Positions 54,287 to 64,000 of a stretch of DNA of 64,000 bases are shown here, in pieces. Where the stretch lies: assembly GCA_965262715.1 (NCBI GenBank), contig OZ253553.1, positions 2,272,001 through 2,336,000 of the forward strand, in the 5' to 3' direction. This stretch comes from Bdellovibrionales bacterium. Lineage in GTDB: Bacteria > Bdellovibrionota > Bdellovibrionia > Bdellovibrionales > JAUICD01. Under the pieces are notes generated by a model, which was not told the origin of the DNA, did not search any database, and saw only the letters and a list, made by a program, of their open reading frames with translations. Within the stretch, counting starts at the first letter, position 1. Every line of letters starts with the position of its first letter. The position numbers were made by a program, and so were the translations under genes.

Positions 54287-54586
54287 CTAAGAATAGTTAT
54301 AAATTTCTGTGAATGGATCTGAAACTTCTTCACCTTCTGAATAAATAGTTTCAGGATCGATGTCTATACAATCTGACTCAGAAAAGCATCCACTGCTATC
54401 CCATGCAAGGGTTCCTCCCATAACTGTGCATTTATTCATAAATTCATCGATTTGAGAGATTTTTTGAAATATTCCACCATTACTGATTAAAGGATTTACA
54501 TCATATAACTTAATTTTTCCATCATCAAAGTAAACATAGACTTTAAAGTCCTCTCTCGGCTTAACTTGAACGACTGTTTTTAGCAT
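54287..54586 (-). CDS. DUF2442-family protein, putative antitoxin-like partner
   Basis: V.P..DF...VYFDDG.IK.YD, GTLAW, DIDPETIY. Confidence 0.8.
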   Translation of the reverse strand: MLKTVVQVKPREDFKVYVYFDDGKIKLYDVNPLISNGGIFQKISQIDEFMNKCTVMGGTLAWDSSGCFSESDCIDIDPETIYSEGEEVSDPFTEIYNYS

Positions 54587-54598
54587 ATTAAGACCTTT

Positions 54599-54859
54599 TT
54601 ACTTTAGGGGATCAATTTTCTTAATCATACCATTTTTCTGAGCTGATTTCCAATTTTGAATAAGTTCTTGTTTATGTATTTCACACCAAGCCAGTACTAA
54701 TTTAAGTTGTTTTGTGGGGAGCAGTCCTTTTATAACAGCGGCTTGTTCGATAGATATAATAGCCTTAGCACTTTTATGCTCAGCATGAAAGTGCATTGGC
54801 AGATGATCTGCCCAGTGCATATATATTTTGATTCCAAAGAATTGACTTATAAGCGGCAT
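54599..54859 (-). CDS. DUF4160-family protein, putative toxin-like partner
   Basis: MP.IS.FFGI.IYM...DH.P.HFHA, W.EIH..EL..NW, KIDPLK; start reassigned to ATG 54859. Confidence 0.85.
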   Translation of the reverse strand: MPLISQFFGIKIYMHWADHLPMHFHAEHKSAKAIISIEQAAVIKGLLPTKQLKLVLAWCEIHKQELIQNWKSAQKNGMIKKIDPLK

Positions 54860-54922
54860 AATTAAGCTCATTTTATATGGTTCATTATAATCTTTATTAT
54901 TTGTAAATTTAACATAAAAAAG

Positions 54923-54969
54923 GGACTTGTTGCACAAATACTTAATGGCCAATGAGTATATTAAGCTTA
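54923..54969. mobile_element. Solo end of IS903-group-like MITE family
   Basis: 54926-54960 is the exact reverse complement of 32267-32301. Confidence 0.75.
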
Positions 54970-54978
54970 GATGGAGAT

Positions 54979-57900
54979 TTAAACAGAGCGGCGATATGCA
55001 CCGCCGACTTCATACAAGGCTTTAGACATTTGCCCTAAGGAACAATATCTAGAAGCTTGCATAAGTGCCTCAAAAATATTTTTTCCAGATAAAATATGTT
55101 CCTTTAAATATACTAGTTCTTTTTTAGCTTGTTTTTGATGTTTTTGTTGATAAAGCTCAAGATGTTTTAATTGTTTATCTTTTTCTTGTTTGCTTGATCT
55201 TGAAAGACCTTCTTCATTGATATCAGGGACATCATCTTCTTCAGAAATATAAGTGTTTACACCTATAATAGGTAGCTTGCCTGAATGTTTTAAATGCTCA
55301 TAATGAAGAGATTCATCTTGAATTTTTCCTCTTTGGTAGCCATGTTCTATAGCTGGTAAGACACCGCCTCTTTCGCTAATGCGAATAAACTCGCTTAATA
55401 TAGCCTCTTCTACTAAATCTGTGAGCTGTTCTAGCCAGTAACTACCTTGAGTAGAGTTTTCGCATTTTGTCATTCCAAACTCACGATTGATAATCATCTG
55501 AATGGCCATAGCTCTTCTTACAGACTCTTTAGTGGGTGTTGTAATGGCTTCATCATAAGAATTGGTATGTAGGCTGTTGCAGTTATCGTAAATAGCAATC
55601 AGGGCTTGTAGAGTCGTTCTTATATCGTTAAAACTCATCTCTTCACTATGTAGAGAACGTCCACTGGTTTGAATATGGTATTTGAGCTTTTGGCTGCGAC
55701 TACTGCCTCCATAAAGATATCTGATGGTAATAGCCCAGATGCGTCTGGCAACGCGCCCAATAACAGCATACTCAGGGTCTAAGCCATTAGAGAAGAAAAG
55801 GGAAAGATGAGGGGCAAATTGGTCAATTTGCATGCCTCTTGATAAATAATATTCTACATAGGTAAAGGCATTTGCTAAAGTAAATGCTGTTTGAGTAATC
55901 GGGTTAGCACCAGCCTCAGCAATATGATACCCAGAAATACTGACAGAATAAAAGTGACGCACTTTATTTAAAATAAAGTATTCTTGAATATCTCCCATCA
56001 TTTTCAGTGCAAAATCTGTTGAAAAAATACAAGTATTTTGGGCTTGTTCTTCTTTCAAAATATCTGCTTGAACTGTTCCACGGACAGAAGAGAAAGTTTT
56101 AGCTTTGATATCTTCAATTTCTTTTTTTGTTAAATTTCGTTTTAATTCTTTTTCTCTTTTTTCAAGTTGTTGATCGATAGCTGTGTTCATAAAAAAAGCT
56201 AAAATAATAGGAGCAGGTCCATTAATAGTCATGCTCACGCTTGTAGAAGGATCACAAAGATCAAAGCCAGAATAGAGAGTTTTCATATTGTCTAATGTGC
56301 ATATACTCACGCCGCATTCTCCTATACGGCTATAAATATCAGGTCTCAAATCAGGGTCTTCTCCGTAAAGAGTCACGCTATCAAAAGCTGTGGAAAGCCT
56401 TTTGGCTTTTGTGTTTTTACAAAGATAGTGAAATCTCTTATTTGTTTTTTCAGGAGTTCCTTCACCTGAAAACTGTCTTTGAGGGTCTTCATCTTGACGT
56501 TTTAGAGTCCATATTCCTGCTGTGTAAGGGAACTCTCCTGGCACATTTTCAAGTTTTAAGAACTTGAGTTTTTCTGACATATCTTTAAAACGAGGAAAGA
56601 CCACGCGTCTGATCATTGTTCCACTTAAAGAGGGTTGCTTCAATGAATAAGATTTGGTTTTACCCATAACAGAATAAGGAATGTTATCCTGTTGATAGGT
56701 TTTTTGTTTATCATTCCATGATTTTAATAACTGATAGTCATCATCTAATTTTTCTATAAGGTCTTTTATTTTAGGTTCTATTTCTGTTTTAAGATGGGGG
56801 AGAAGTTTTAGAGTTTCTTCTAAAGCTCCTAGTTGGTAAGCTAAATCTGCTTTTTGCTGTACTTCTTCTTTATACTTGCGGACAGTTTGGGCTACTTGTG
56901 TTAAATAAGCCTTTTTTTCTGTAGGTATAATTTGTTGATGCTTTGAGTGAGAGGAAATGTTTTTGGAACATGGTATATTTATTTTTTTTAAGAGGGCAAA
57001 AAATAATTTATTCATTCCTTCGTCGTTAAAACAAGAGGCTTGTGTTAAAAAAACAGGTAAGTTGCTGTCTTCTTCTTGAAAAAGCTTTCTAGAACGCTTA
57101 TATTGCTTTCTTACATCTCTTAGTGCATCTTTAGAGCCTTGGCGGTCAGCTTTGTTGATAGCAATGAAATCTGCAAAGTCAATCATGTCAATCTTTTCAA
57201 GCTGTGAGCTTGCTCCAAACTCAGAGGTCATTACATAAAGACTGAGATCAGAAACTTCTGTGATGGCCATATTGCCTTGTCCAATTCCAGATGTTTCTAC
57301 AATGAGCAAGTCAAAACCTTGATTTTTCATTTGGTTGACAATGAGCCTTAAATTATCAGAGATTTCTTTGCCTGAATTGCGAGAAGCTAAAGATCTCATA
57401 AAAAAGTGGGGATAAGAAAGAGCATTCATTCTAATGCGATCTCCTAAGAGGGCTCCGCCAGTTTTCTTTTTAGTAGGATCTACACAAATAATGCCTACTT
57501 TAATATTGTCGATATTTCTTGCCATACGGAAGAGTAATTCATCAACAAGGGAAGATTTCCCAGCCCCACCTGTTCCTGTTACTCCTAATACAAGAGGACA
57601 TTTTTTATAAGTAGCATAAGGTAAATGAGGTAATTTAAGTGCTTCTGTATTTTTATTCTCAAGTTCACTTATTTTAAGCCCTAGATCTCTGTCAGCTAGA
57701 AGAATTGTGTCTGCTAATTTTGTGTCTTGGGATTTGCTTTTTTGATAGGCAGTGCATACATCAAAGTCAGACGCTTTTACAATTTCTTGGATCATGCCTT
57801 CTAGTCCAAGGCGTTTTCCATCTTCTGGTCGAAAGATGCGAGAGATGCCATAAGCTTCTAACTCTTTTTTCTCGTTAGGTGTGATGAGGCCTCCACCTCC

Positions 57901-58173
57901 GCCAAATATTTTGACGTAGGTAGCTCCATTTTGATCTAAGAGATCTCTGGTATATTTGAAATAGGCGATATGACCACCCTGATAATTACTTATACATATT
58001 GTTTGTGCTGCTTCTTGCAAAGCTGTGCGCACTACATCTTTTACAGAGCGGTTATGTCCTAGATGAATGACTTCACATCCTGCATCTTGCAACATTCTTC
58101 TGATGATGTTGATGCTCACATCATGTCCATCAAATAAACTTGCAGCAGTGACAATACGTATAGGATTTTTCAT
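54979..58173 (-). CDS. icmF: Fused isobutyryl-CoA mutase / MeaB-like GTPase IcmF
   Basis: N-terminal B12-binding FDGHD, GTGGAGKSS GTPase domain, mutase domain RLSTAFD and GYHIAEAG. Confidence 0.93.
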   Translation of the reverse strand: MKNPIRIVTAASLFDGHDVSINIIRRMLQDAGCEVIHLGHNRSVKDVVRTALQEAAQTICISNYQGGHIAYFKYTRDLLDQNGATYVKIFGGGGGLITPNEKKELEAYGISRIFRPEDGKRLGLEGMIQEIVKASDFDVCTAYQKSKSQDTKLADTILLADRDLGLKISELENKNTEALKLPHLPYATYKKCPLVLGVTGTGGAGKSSLVDELLFRMARNIDNIKVGIICVDPTKKKTGGALLGDRIRMNALSYPHFFMRSLASRNSGKEISDNLRLIVNQMKNQGFDLLIVETSGIGQGNMAITEVSDLSLYVMTSEFGASSQLEKIDMIDFADFIAINKADRQGSKDALRDVRKQYKRSRKLFQEEDSNLPVFLTQASCFNDEGMNKLFFALLKKINIPCSKNISSHSKHQQIIPTEKKAYLTQVAQTVRKYKEEVQQKADLAYQLGALEETLKLLPHLKTEIEPKIKDLIEKLDDDYQLLKSWNDKQKTYQQDNIPYSVMGKTKSYSLKQPSLSGTMIRRVVFPRFKDMSEKLKFLKLENVPGEFPYTAGIWTLKRQDEDPQRQFSGEGTPEKTNKRFHYLCKNTKAKRLSTAFDSVTLYGEDPDLRPDIYSRIGECGVSICTLDNMKTLYSGFDLCDPSTSVSMTINGPAPIILAFFMNTAIDQQLEKREKELKRNLTKKEIEDIKAKTFSSVRGTVQADILKEEQAQNTCIFSTDFALKMMGDIQEYFILNKVRHFYSVSISGYHIAEAGANPITQTAFTLANAFTYVEYYLSRGMQIDQFAPHLSLFFSNGLDPEYAVIGRVARRIWAITIRYLYGGSSRSQKLKYHIQTSGRSLHSEEMSFNDIRTTLQALIAIYDNCNSLHTNSYDEAITTPTKESVRRAMAIQMIINREFGMTKCENSTQGSYWLEQLTDLVEEAILSEFIRISERGGVLPAIEHGYQRGKIQDESLHYEHLKHSGKLPIIGVNTYISEEDDVPDINEEGLSRSSKQEKDKQLKHLELYQQKHQKQAKKELVYLKEHILSGKNIFEALMQASRYCSLGQMSKALYEVGGAYRRSV

Positions 58174-58448
58174 AGTTTATATCAGATATTTCTTTAAATA
58201 TCTGAGCCTTTGTGGGGTTGTGTTGTTATGGTTATATGTCATATAAAAAACATAAGTCATTATAGCATGTGAAAAATAGTATTTCAATTTCAGTTCAGGT
58301 TATATATACTGTGTAAATTTTTCAAAAACATGTAATAATTTCTCAACTATTTTATATTTAAGTTTATGGCAGGAATATCAGTAGATATTTTTTCAAATCT
58401 ATGTTAGTTAGTTAAAGGCTTGATTAACTATAGGAAGGAGATTTAATT

Positions 58449-59126
58449 ATGAATTTATTTAAGCATTTATTTATTCTATCCATATTATGTTTGATCACAA
58501 GCACTTTCAGTATATCGGCTTTAGCTCAGATGTCTCAGGACGAGTTAAACAGGTTCTTTCTTAATGCAAGCCGCTCTGGTGATGTAGAAAGTGTCAGAGC
58601 AGCACTTGAAGGAGGAGCAGATGTAAATGTGGCTGATGAAGAAAATGGCTGCACAGCTTTAATGTATGCGACTAGTCTTCATGAGGAATGGCGTGAAGAT
58701 AGTAGTGGTCGTAGGGCTGACAGTCCCTTCATATGTTCTCGAGGTCAGTATAATCATGAGGTATTGGAGCTATTGTTTGATAAGGGATTTGACTTAAATA
58801 AATTAAGCCAACACAGAATAGCTGAGTTTTTACTTAAAGCAAGCGAAGTTGGAGATGTACAGAATGTTGTAAAAGCACTTGAAGCAGAAGCAGATGTAAA
58901 TGGAGGTGGTCGCTACCCACCTTTACTTCTAGCAAGTGAAAATGGGCATGAAGATATCGTAAGAACATTAATTATAGCTGGAGCTGATATAAATCAAATA
59001 GTGAACAGCATAGATGGGCAAAAAACAGCTTTAAATATTGCAATAGAGAGAGGTCATGAAGGTGTTGAACGTGTATTGCGTGATGCAGGAGCTCTTACTG
59101 TAGAGTTTATGGCGATGAAAAGATGA
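58449..59126 (+). CDS. Secreted ankyrin-repeat protein, copy 1
   Basis: Signal peptide ending ALA; GADVN, TALMYA, PPLLLASENGH, TALNIA. Confidence 0.9.
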   Translation: MNLFKHLFILSILCLITSTFSISALAQMSQDELNRFFLNASRSGDVESVRAALEGGADVNVADEENGCTALMYATSLHEEWREDSSGRRADSPFICSRGQYNHEVLELLFDKGFDLNKLSQHRIAEFLLKASEVGDVQNVVKALEAEADVNGGGRYPPLLLASENGHEDIVRTLIIAGADINQIVNSIDGQKTALNIAIERGHEGVERVLRDAGALTVEFMAMKR

Positions 59127-59128
59127 AA

Positions 59129-59182
59129 AGGTTCAACAATAAGTTAACTCCTCTAAAAGTCAACTTAAGGTGTCATGAACCT
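59129..59182 (-). mobile_element. Minimal IS1595 left-end derivative; duplicated at 62307-62360
   Basis: 59135-59181 reverse complement matches 47143-47189 with about 5 mismatches. Confidence 0.75.
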
Positions 59183-59313
59183 ATATTATAAACCAAAGGT
59201 TATTAGTTCAATCTCTTTATTTTCAAGTTAGTAATTAAAAACACCTTTTGAAGTTTTTCTGCCGAGAAAACCAGCTTCAACATATTTAGTTAGAAGAGGA
59301 CTTGGTCTGTATT

Positions 59314-61309
59314 CCTGACTTCAGCGTTTTTGTTTAAAGAGGAAGTTTTTTTCAAGTTTTTTCATTAAATTTCGTTATTGAGAGCGGGTTTATTTTGATT
59401 TGAGGCTGAAACAGCTATTTATTTTTATTTTGTGTGGCCCTAAGCCCTTGACAGATTTTGAGAGTTACTTCATAGTTATTTTATGTATATCAAAGAGACT
59501 AAAAAAGCCAATGGTAAGATATCCATACGGATCATGAAGTCTATCCGTAGAGGTGAGAAAGTGACTCATCATACAGTAAGTAGTCTTGGTTGCTGTTTTG
59601 AGAATCAATTGGATTTTTATAAAAAGAATGCAAAGACCTTATTAGATCGTTTAGAAAAAGAAGAAGCAGAAAAAATGTCAATACTTCTTCCAGGAATGAA
59701 AGAATATTGTGACAGCATAGAACCGGTTTCTAAACAACCAAGGTCAAGAAAAAAGAGTGTTAAAGTTAAAAAGAAAGCATCTTCTCATTTTAAAATCATA
59801 CTTTCATCAGAAGCAAAAGAGCGATGTCGAGTGATTAGTGGCATACAGAGTGTTTTTGGAACAATATATAATCAATTAGATTTTAATAATCTTATAAAAG
59901 GTAAGAGTCAAAAAACGAAGCAATATAATGAGTTATTAAAGCTGTGTGTTTTATCTCGGATAGCTCAACCAGAGTCTAAGCGAAAGACAGTAGATACATT
60001 AGGATTAGATTATAACAAAGAGATTTCTTTAGATCAGGTTTATCGGATGATGGATAAACTTCATACTCGTATACCTGAATTAAAAAAGCAAATTTCAGAT
60101 CATACATTAAGTCTTTTCAATCAAGAGGTGGATGTTTTATTTTTTGATGTAACGACATTATACTTTGAAAGTTTGACAAAAGATGATCTGAAGGACTTTG
60201 GATTTAGTAAAGATTGTAAGTTCAAAGAAGTTCAAGTGGTTTTAGCTTTAATAACAAATTCAGAAGGTCATCCATTAATTTATCAGTTATTTCCTGGAAA
60301 TACGAGTGAAGGCAGCACTCTTATTCATGTGATTCAAGATTTAAAGAAACACTTTAGTGTTAAGAGAGTTATCTTAGTAGCGGATCGAGCTATGTTTACA
60401 GATAAGAATTTAAGTTTTATGGAGAAAGAGAATATCCAATATATAGTTTCAGCCAAGCTCAAGCAATTTTCAAGAGATAAGAAAGCAGAGATTTTATCAG
60501 CTTCTAAGAAAGGTGAAGATGTCAGTATATTCAATGAATCACAAAGAATGAAAGAGTTAGATCATAATGGTCGCAGATTATTAGTGAGTTATTCTATCAT
60601 GAGAGCTAAGAAGGATAAAGCAGATAGAGATAGACTCATTGATCGATTAATGAAGAAAGCAATAGATGATAAGATTTCCACTAAGTCTCTTATTTCTAAT
60701 TATGGAACTAAGAAGTACATAAAGATAGAAGATAGCAAAGCGACTATCAATAGGAATAAGATTAAAGAGGATTCTCACTGGGATGGTCTCTACGGAGTTA
60801 TAACTAATATTAAAGATCAAAGTATGCAGAGTTTATTTACTCGCTATAGAGGCCTCTGGAAGATAGAAGAGGCATTTAGAGTGAATAAACATACATTGAG
60901 AATGAGACCGATATATCATTGGAAGAAAAGAAGGATAGAGTCTCATATAGCGATATGTTTTTTAGCCTATGCTTTATCGTATCATATCAAGCACAGACTT
61001 AAGACAAAAAATATTAATTTAAGTATTCAAAAGATTAAAGAGATCTTAAAGAGGGATCAGTATTCAATTATAGAAGACCCAAAGACTCATCAATTATATC
61101 AATTAGCATCTTCATCAACAAAAACTTTAGAAGCTATATACAAGATTTTTGAGCTTAAAAGAAAGACAGGACTTACAAAAATAACAGAAAACCCGCAAAC
61201 CCTTAATACATAAGCCTTTTAAGTAACCTCGATGTCAAATGTGTGGCCCCAAGAAAATCGTAAGTGCTTGATTATAAAGAACTTTGCCTTTCAAAATGCT
61301 GAAGTCAGG
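59314..61309 (+). mobile_element. IS1634-family insertion sequence #2 (1,996 bp)
   Basis: 16/17-bp terminal inverted repeats CCTGACTTCAGCGTTTT / AAAATGCTGAAGTCAGG; single transposase. Confidence 0.93.
59483..61213 (+). CDS. IS1634-family DDE transposase
   Basis: FFDVTTLYFE, GFSKD, VADRAM, WKIEEAFR..K..L.MRPIYHW. Confidence 0.93.
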   Translation: MYIKETKKANGKISIRIMKSIRRGEKVTHHTVSSLGCCFENQLDFYKKNAKTLLDRLEKEEAEKMSILLPGMKEYCDSIEPVSKQPRSRKKSVKVKKKASSHFKIILSSEAKERCRVISGIQSVFGTIYNQLDFNNLIKGKSQKTKQYNELLKLCVLSRIAQPESKRKTVDTLGLDYNKEISLDQVYRMMDKLHTRIPELKKQISDHTLSLFNQEVDVLFFDVTTLYFESLTKDDLKDFGFSKDCKFKEVQVVLALITNSEGHPLIYQLFPGNTSEGSTLIHVIQDLKKHFSVKRVILVADRAMFTDKNLSFMEKENIQYIVSAKLKQFSRDKKAEILSASKKGEDVSIFNESQRMKELDHNGRRLLVSYSIMRAKKDKADRDRLIDRLMKKAIDDKISTKSLISNYGTKKYIKIEDSKATINRNKIKEDSHWDGLYGVITNIKDQSMQSLFTRYRGLWKIEEAFRVNKHTLRMRPIYHWKKRRIESHIAICFLAYALSYHIKHRLKTKNINLSIQKIKEILKRDQYSIIEDPKTHQLYQLASSSTKTLEAIYKIFELKRKTGLTKITENPQTLNT

Positions 61310-62491
61310 AAATAAACTTGCAGCAGTGACAATACGTATAGGATTTTTCATAGTTTATATCAGATATTTCTTTAAATATCTGAGCCTTTGTGGGGTTGTG
61401 TTGTTATGGTTATATGTCATATAAAAAACATAAGTCATTATAGCATGTGAAAAATAGTATTTCAATTTCAGTTCAGGTTATATATACTGTGTAAATTTTT
61501 CAAAAACATGTAATAATTTCTCAACTATTTTATATTTAAGTTTATGGCAGGAATATCAGTAGATATTTTTTCAAATCTATGTTAGTTAGTTAAAGGCTTG
61601 ATTAACTATAGGAAGGAGATTTAATTATGAATTTATTTAAGCATTTATTTATTCTATCCATATTATGTTTGATCACAAGCACTTTCAGTATATCGGCTTT
61701 AGCTCAGATGTCTCAGGACGAGTTAAACAGGTTCTTTCTTAATGCAAGCCGCTCTGGTGATGTAGAAAGTGTCAGAGCAGCACTTGAAGGAGGAGCAGAT
61801 GTAAATGTGGCTGATGAAGAAAATGGCTGCACAGCTTTAATGTATGCGACTAGTCTTCATGAGGAATGGCGTGAAGATAGTAGTGGTCGTAGGGCTGACA
61901 GTCCCTTCATATGTTCTCGAGGTCAGTATAATCATGAGGTATTGGAGCTATTGTTTGATAAGGGATTTGACTTAAATAAATTAAGCCAACACAGAATAGC
62001 TGAGTTTTTACTTAAAGCAAGCGAAGTTGGAGATGTACAGAATGTTGTAAAAGCACTTGAAGCAGAAGCAGATGTAAATGGAGGTGGTCGCTACCCACCT
62101 TTACTTCTAGCAAGTGAAAATGGGCATGAAGATATCGTAAGAACATTAATTATAGCTGGAGCTGATATAAATCAAATAGTGAACAGCATAGATGGGCAAA
62201 AAACAGCTTTAAATATTGCAATAGAGAGAGGTCATGAAGGTGTTGAACGTGTATTGCGTGATGCAGGAGCTCTTACTGTAGAGTTTATGGCGATGAAAAG
62301 ATGAAAAGGTTCAACAATAAGTTAACTCCTCTAAAAGTCAACTTAAGGTGTCATGAACCTATATTATAAACCAAAGGTTATTAGTTCAATCTCTTTATTT
62401 TCAAGTTAGTAATTAAAAACACCTTTTGAAGTTTTTCTGCCGAGAAAACCAGCTTCAACATATTTAGTTAGAAGAGGACTTGGTCTGTATT
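61310..62491. repeat. 1,182-bp direct repeat (right flank of IS1634 #2)
   Basis: Matches 58132-59313. Confidence 0.95.
61627..62304 (+). CDS. Secreted ankyrin-repeat protein, copy 2
   Basis: Identical translation to 58449-59126. Confidence 0.9.
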   Translation: MNLFKHLFILSILCLITSTFSISALAQMSQDELNRFFLNASRSGDVESVRAALEGGADVNVADEENGCTALMYATSLHEEWREDSSGRRADSPFICSRGQYNHEVLELLFDKGFDLNKLSQHRIAEFLLKASEVGDVQNVVKALEAEADVNGGGRYPPLLLASENGHEDIVRTLIIAGADINQIVNSIDGQKTALNIAIERGHEGVERVLRDAGALTVEFMAMKR

Positions 62492-63269
62492 TAGAATCTC
62501 CAATATCTTCATGTAAGACTTTCATAATGGCTAAACATACATCAAGCCCAATAAAGTCAGCAAGCTCTAAGGGTCCCATAGGTTGATTTGTTCCTAGCTT
62601 CATAGCTGTATCAATATCTTTTGCAGAGGCGATACCTTCATCTAAAGCAAAAAAAGCTTCGTTAATCATGGGCATTAAAATACGATTGACGATAAAGCCG
62701 GGAGTGTCTTTTAAAGAAGCTACAAAAACCTTCTGCATTTTTTCAGCTAATTTTTTAGCTTGTAAAAAAGTGTCATCTGAAGTTTGTAGTCCTCTGATGC
62801 CTTCTACCAAACGCATAACAGGAACAGGGTTCATAAAATGTAAGCCCACTACTTTGTCTGGGCGTTTTGTAGCTGCTGCTAAGCGGGTTATTGAAATAGA
62901 AGATGTATTAGAACATAAGATCACATCTGAGGAAGTTATTTTATCTAATTGAGTGAAAAGTTGAGTTTTTGCATTAACATCTTCTATGATAGCTTCTATG
63001 ATTATTTGGCATTGGTCTATTTTGGTTGTGTTATTAGATAATACTAACCATGTGATGCGATTTGTAATTTGATTTTTCTGATCTTTTGTGATTTTTTGTT
63101 TTTCAATCATTCTTGTTAATTGTTTGTCTATTTTGAGTTTAGCTTTCTTTAAAGCTTCTAAAGAGGCATCAAAACAAATCACAGGTAGGCCACTTGTTGC
63201 TGCCATCTGAGTTATACCTTGACCCATTTGACCAGCACCAATAATTCCAATAGATTGAACGTCTTCCAA
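62406..63269 (-). CDS. hbd: 3-hydroxybutyryl-CoA dehydrogenase
   Basis: GAGQMG, SNTSSISIT, GLHFMNP, PGFIVNR, PMGPLELADFIGLD; GGAGG + TTG start. Confidence 0.93.
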   Translation of the reverse strand: MEDVQSIGIIGAGQMGQGITQMAATSGLPVICFDASLEALKKAKLKIDKQLTRMIEKQKITKDQKNQITNRITWLVLSNNTTKIDQCQIIIEAIIEDVNAKTQLFTQLDKITSSDVILCSNTSSISITRLAAATKRPDKVVGLHFMNPVPVMRLVEGIRGLQTSDDTFLQAKKLAEKMQKVFVASLKDTPGFIVNRILMPMINEAFFALDEGIASAKDIDTAMKLGTNQPMGPLELADFIGLDVCLAIMKVLHEDIGDSKYRPSPLLTKYVEAGFLGRKTSKGVFNY

Positions 63270-63320
63270 AATTTCCTCCTTTTATATAAAATTCCACTTA
63301 CCTTTTATTTTATGCAAAAG

Positions 63321-64000
63321 TCATAAACTTGGAAGTTTGTCATCTACTTTTCTTAAAAGAAGTTGATAAAGAAAAACCAATTGAGGTTGATAGAATTTTG
63401 TAATTACATAAGGTGTTTCATAAAAGATAGAAAAGATGCTTTGTTTATGATGAAATGCCAACCCAAGAGTTATCTTTTTTTGTACATCAATAAGATTAAT
63501 ATTATTATTCATAGATAAATATTCCCATCTACCGAATATGGAGAGCTTTTTGGTTAAAGGATGTTCTAAATCTATATGCCAAGCAGATATAGGTATTTTG
63601 TTTTCATCGAAATAAATCTCACCAAAGTGATATTCGCTTTTAAAGGACATTTGTTTGATCTGAAAAGCCAAAAAAGCATTTCCAACTCTGCGTGCATGGC
63701 TATAATAAGGCCATAAATTGCGACCTATAAACTCTCCCACAGATGCTGACATGCCTATATCTATGCCGTAATTCGCTTTCCAGCCCCCTTTAGTTGTCCA
63801 CCATAGCCTCTGGGATGCTATAGGGTTAGAGAAGGTGTTTCCTTGAAAAGCTCCATTGTGCAGTGCAGATTCAACATAAAAGCCTTTGTAAGAAGCTAAA
63901 TAAGATAGTCCTAAATCATAGTTAGGGATGAATTGAGAAAAGATAGATCGAGGTAATACCAACTGAGAATCTCTTACACCACCTTCAAGTCCATAAGATA
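63321..64000 (-). CDS. Putative porin-like outer-membrane protein, 5' end outside window
   Basis: DLGL, NG motif and amphipathic beta-strand pattern; frame appears to continue toward the window edge. Confidence 0.55.
   Translation of the reverse strand, partial: SYGLEGGVRDSQLVLPRSIFSQFIPNYDLGLSYLASYKGFYVESALHNGAFQGNTFSNPIASQRLWWTTKGGWKANYGIDIGMSASVGEFIGRNLWPYYSHARRVGNAFLAFQIKQMSFKSEYHFGEIYFDENKIPISAWHIDLEHPLTKKLSIFGRWEYLSMNNNINLIDVQKKITLGLAFHHKQSIFSIFYETPYVITKFYQPQLVFLYQLLLRKVDDKLPSL

Larger units (their letters stand above)
58132..59313. repeat. 1,182-bp direct repeat (left flank of IS1634 #2)
   Basis: Matches 61310-62491 at offset 3,178; identical encoded ankyrin protein; no mismatch seen. 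Confidence 0.95.

Noticed and set aside
54860..54952. N-terminal extension of the DUF4160 ORF
   Set aside because: Starts inside a MITE end; family motif begins at ATG 54859

Overview
AT-rich bacterial chromosome segment spanning the replication origin (mnmE-jag-yidC-yidD-rnpA-rpmH <- | -> dnaA-oriC-dnaN-recF-gyrB...gyrA). It continues with xseA-xseB-ispA, rho, a eukaryote-type AdoMet decarboxylase, tRNA-fMet, icmF and hbd. Gene order and content suggest Bdellovibrionota (inference). Accessory cassettes sit between the core genes: secreted ankyrin proteins, Cys-rich/vWA and RCC1 lipoproteins, a TIGR04255 three-gene cassette and a DUF4160/DUF2442 pair. The strongest signal is repeated local duplication. 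Two distinct IS1634-family elements with shared CCTGACTTC ends are flanked by direct repeats of 233 bp and 1,182 bp; the larger duplicates a whole ankyrin gene and leaves both neighbours intact. Copies of housekeeping-gene ends (gyrB 3'/gyrA 5', xseA 5', DUF507-gene 3') bracket cargo and create in-frame chimeric mini-ORFs. Three families of small structured dispersed repeats with compensatory stem changes and several IS1595 relics are also present. All sequence comparisons were made by eye and no database searches were run.
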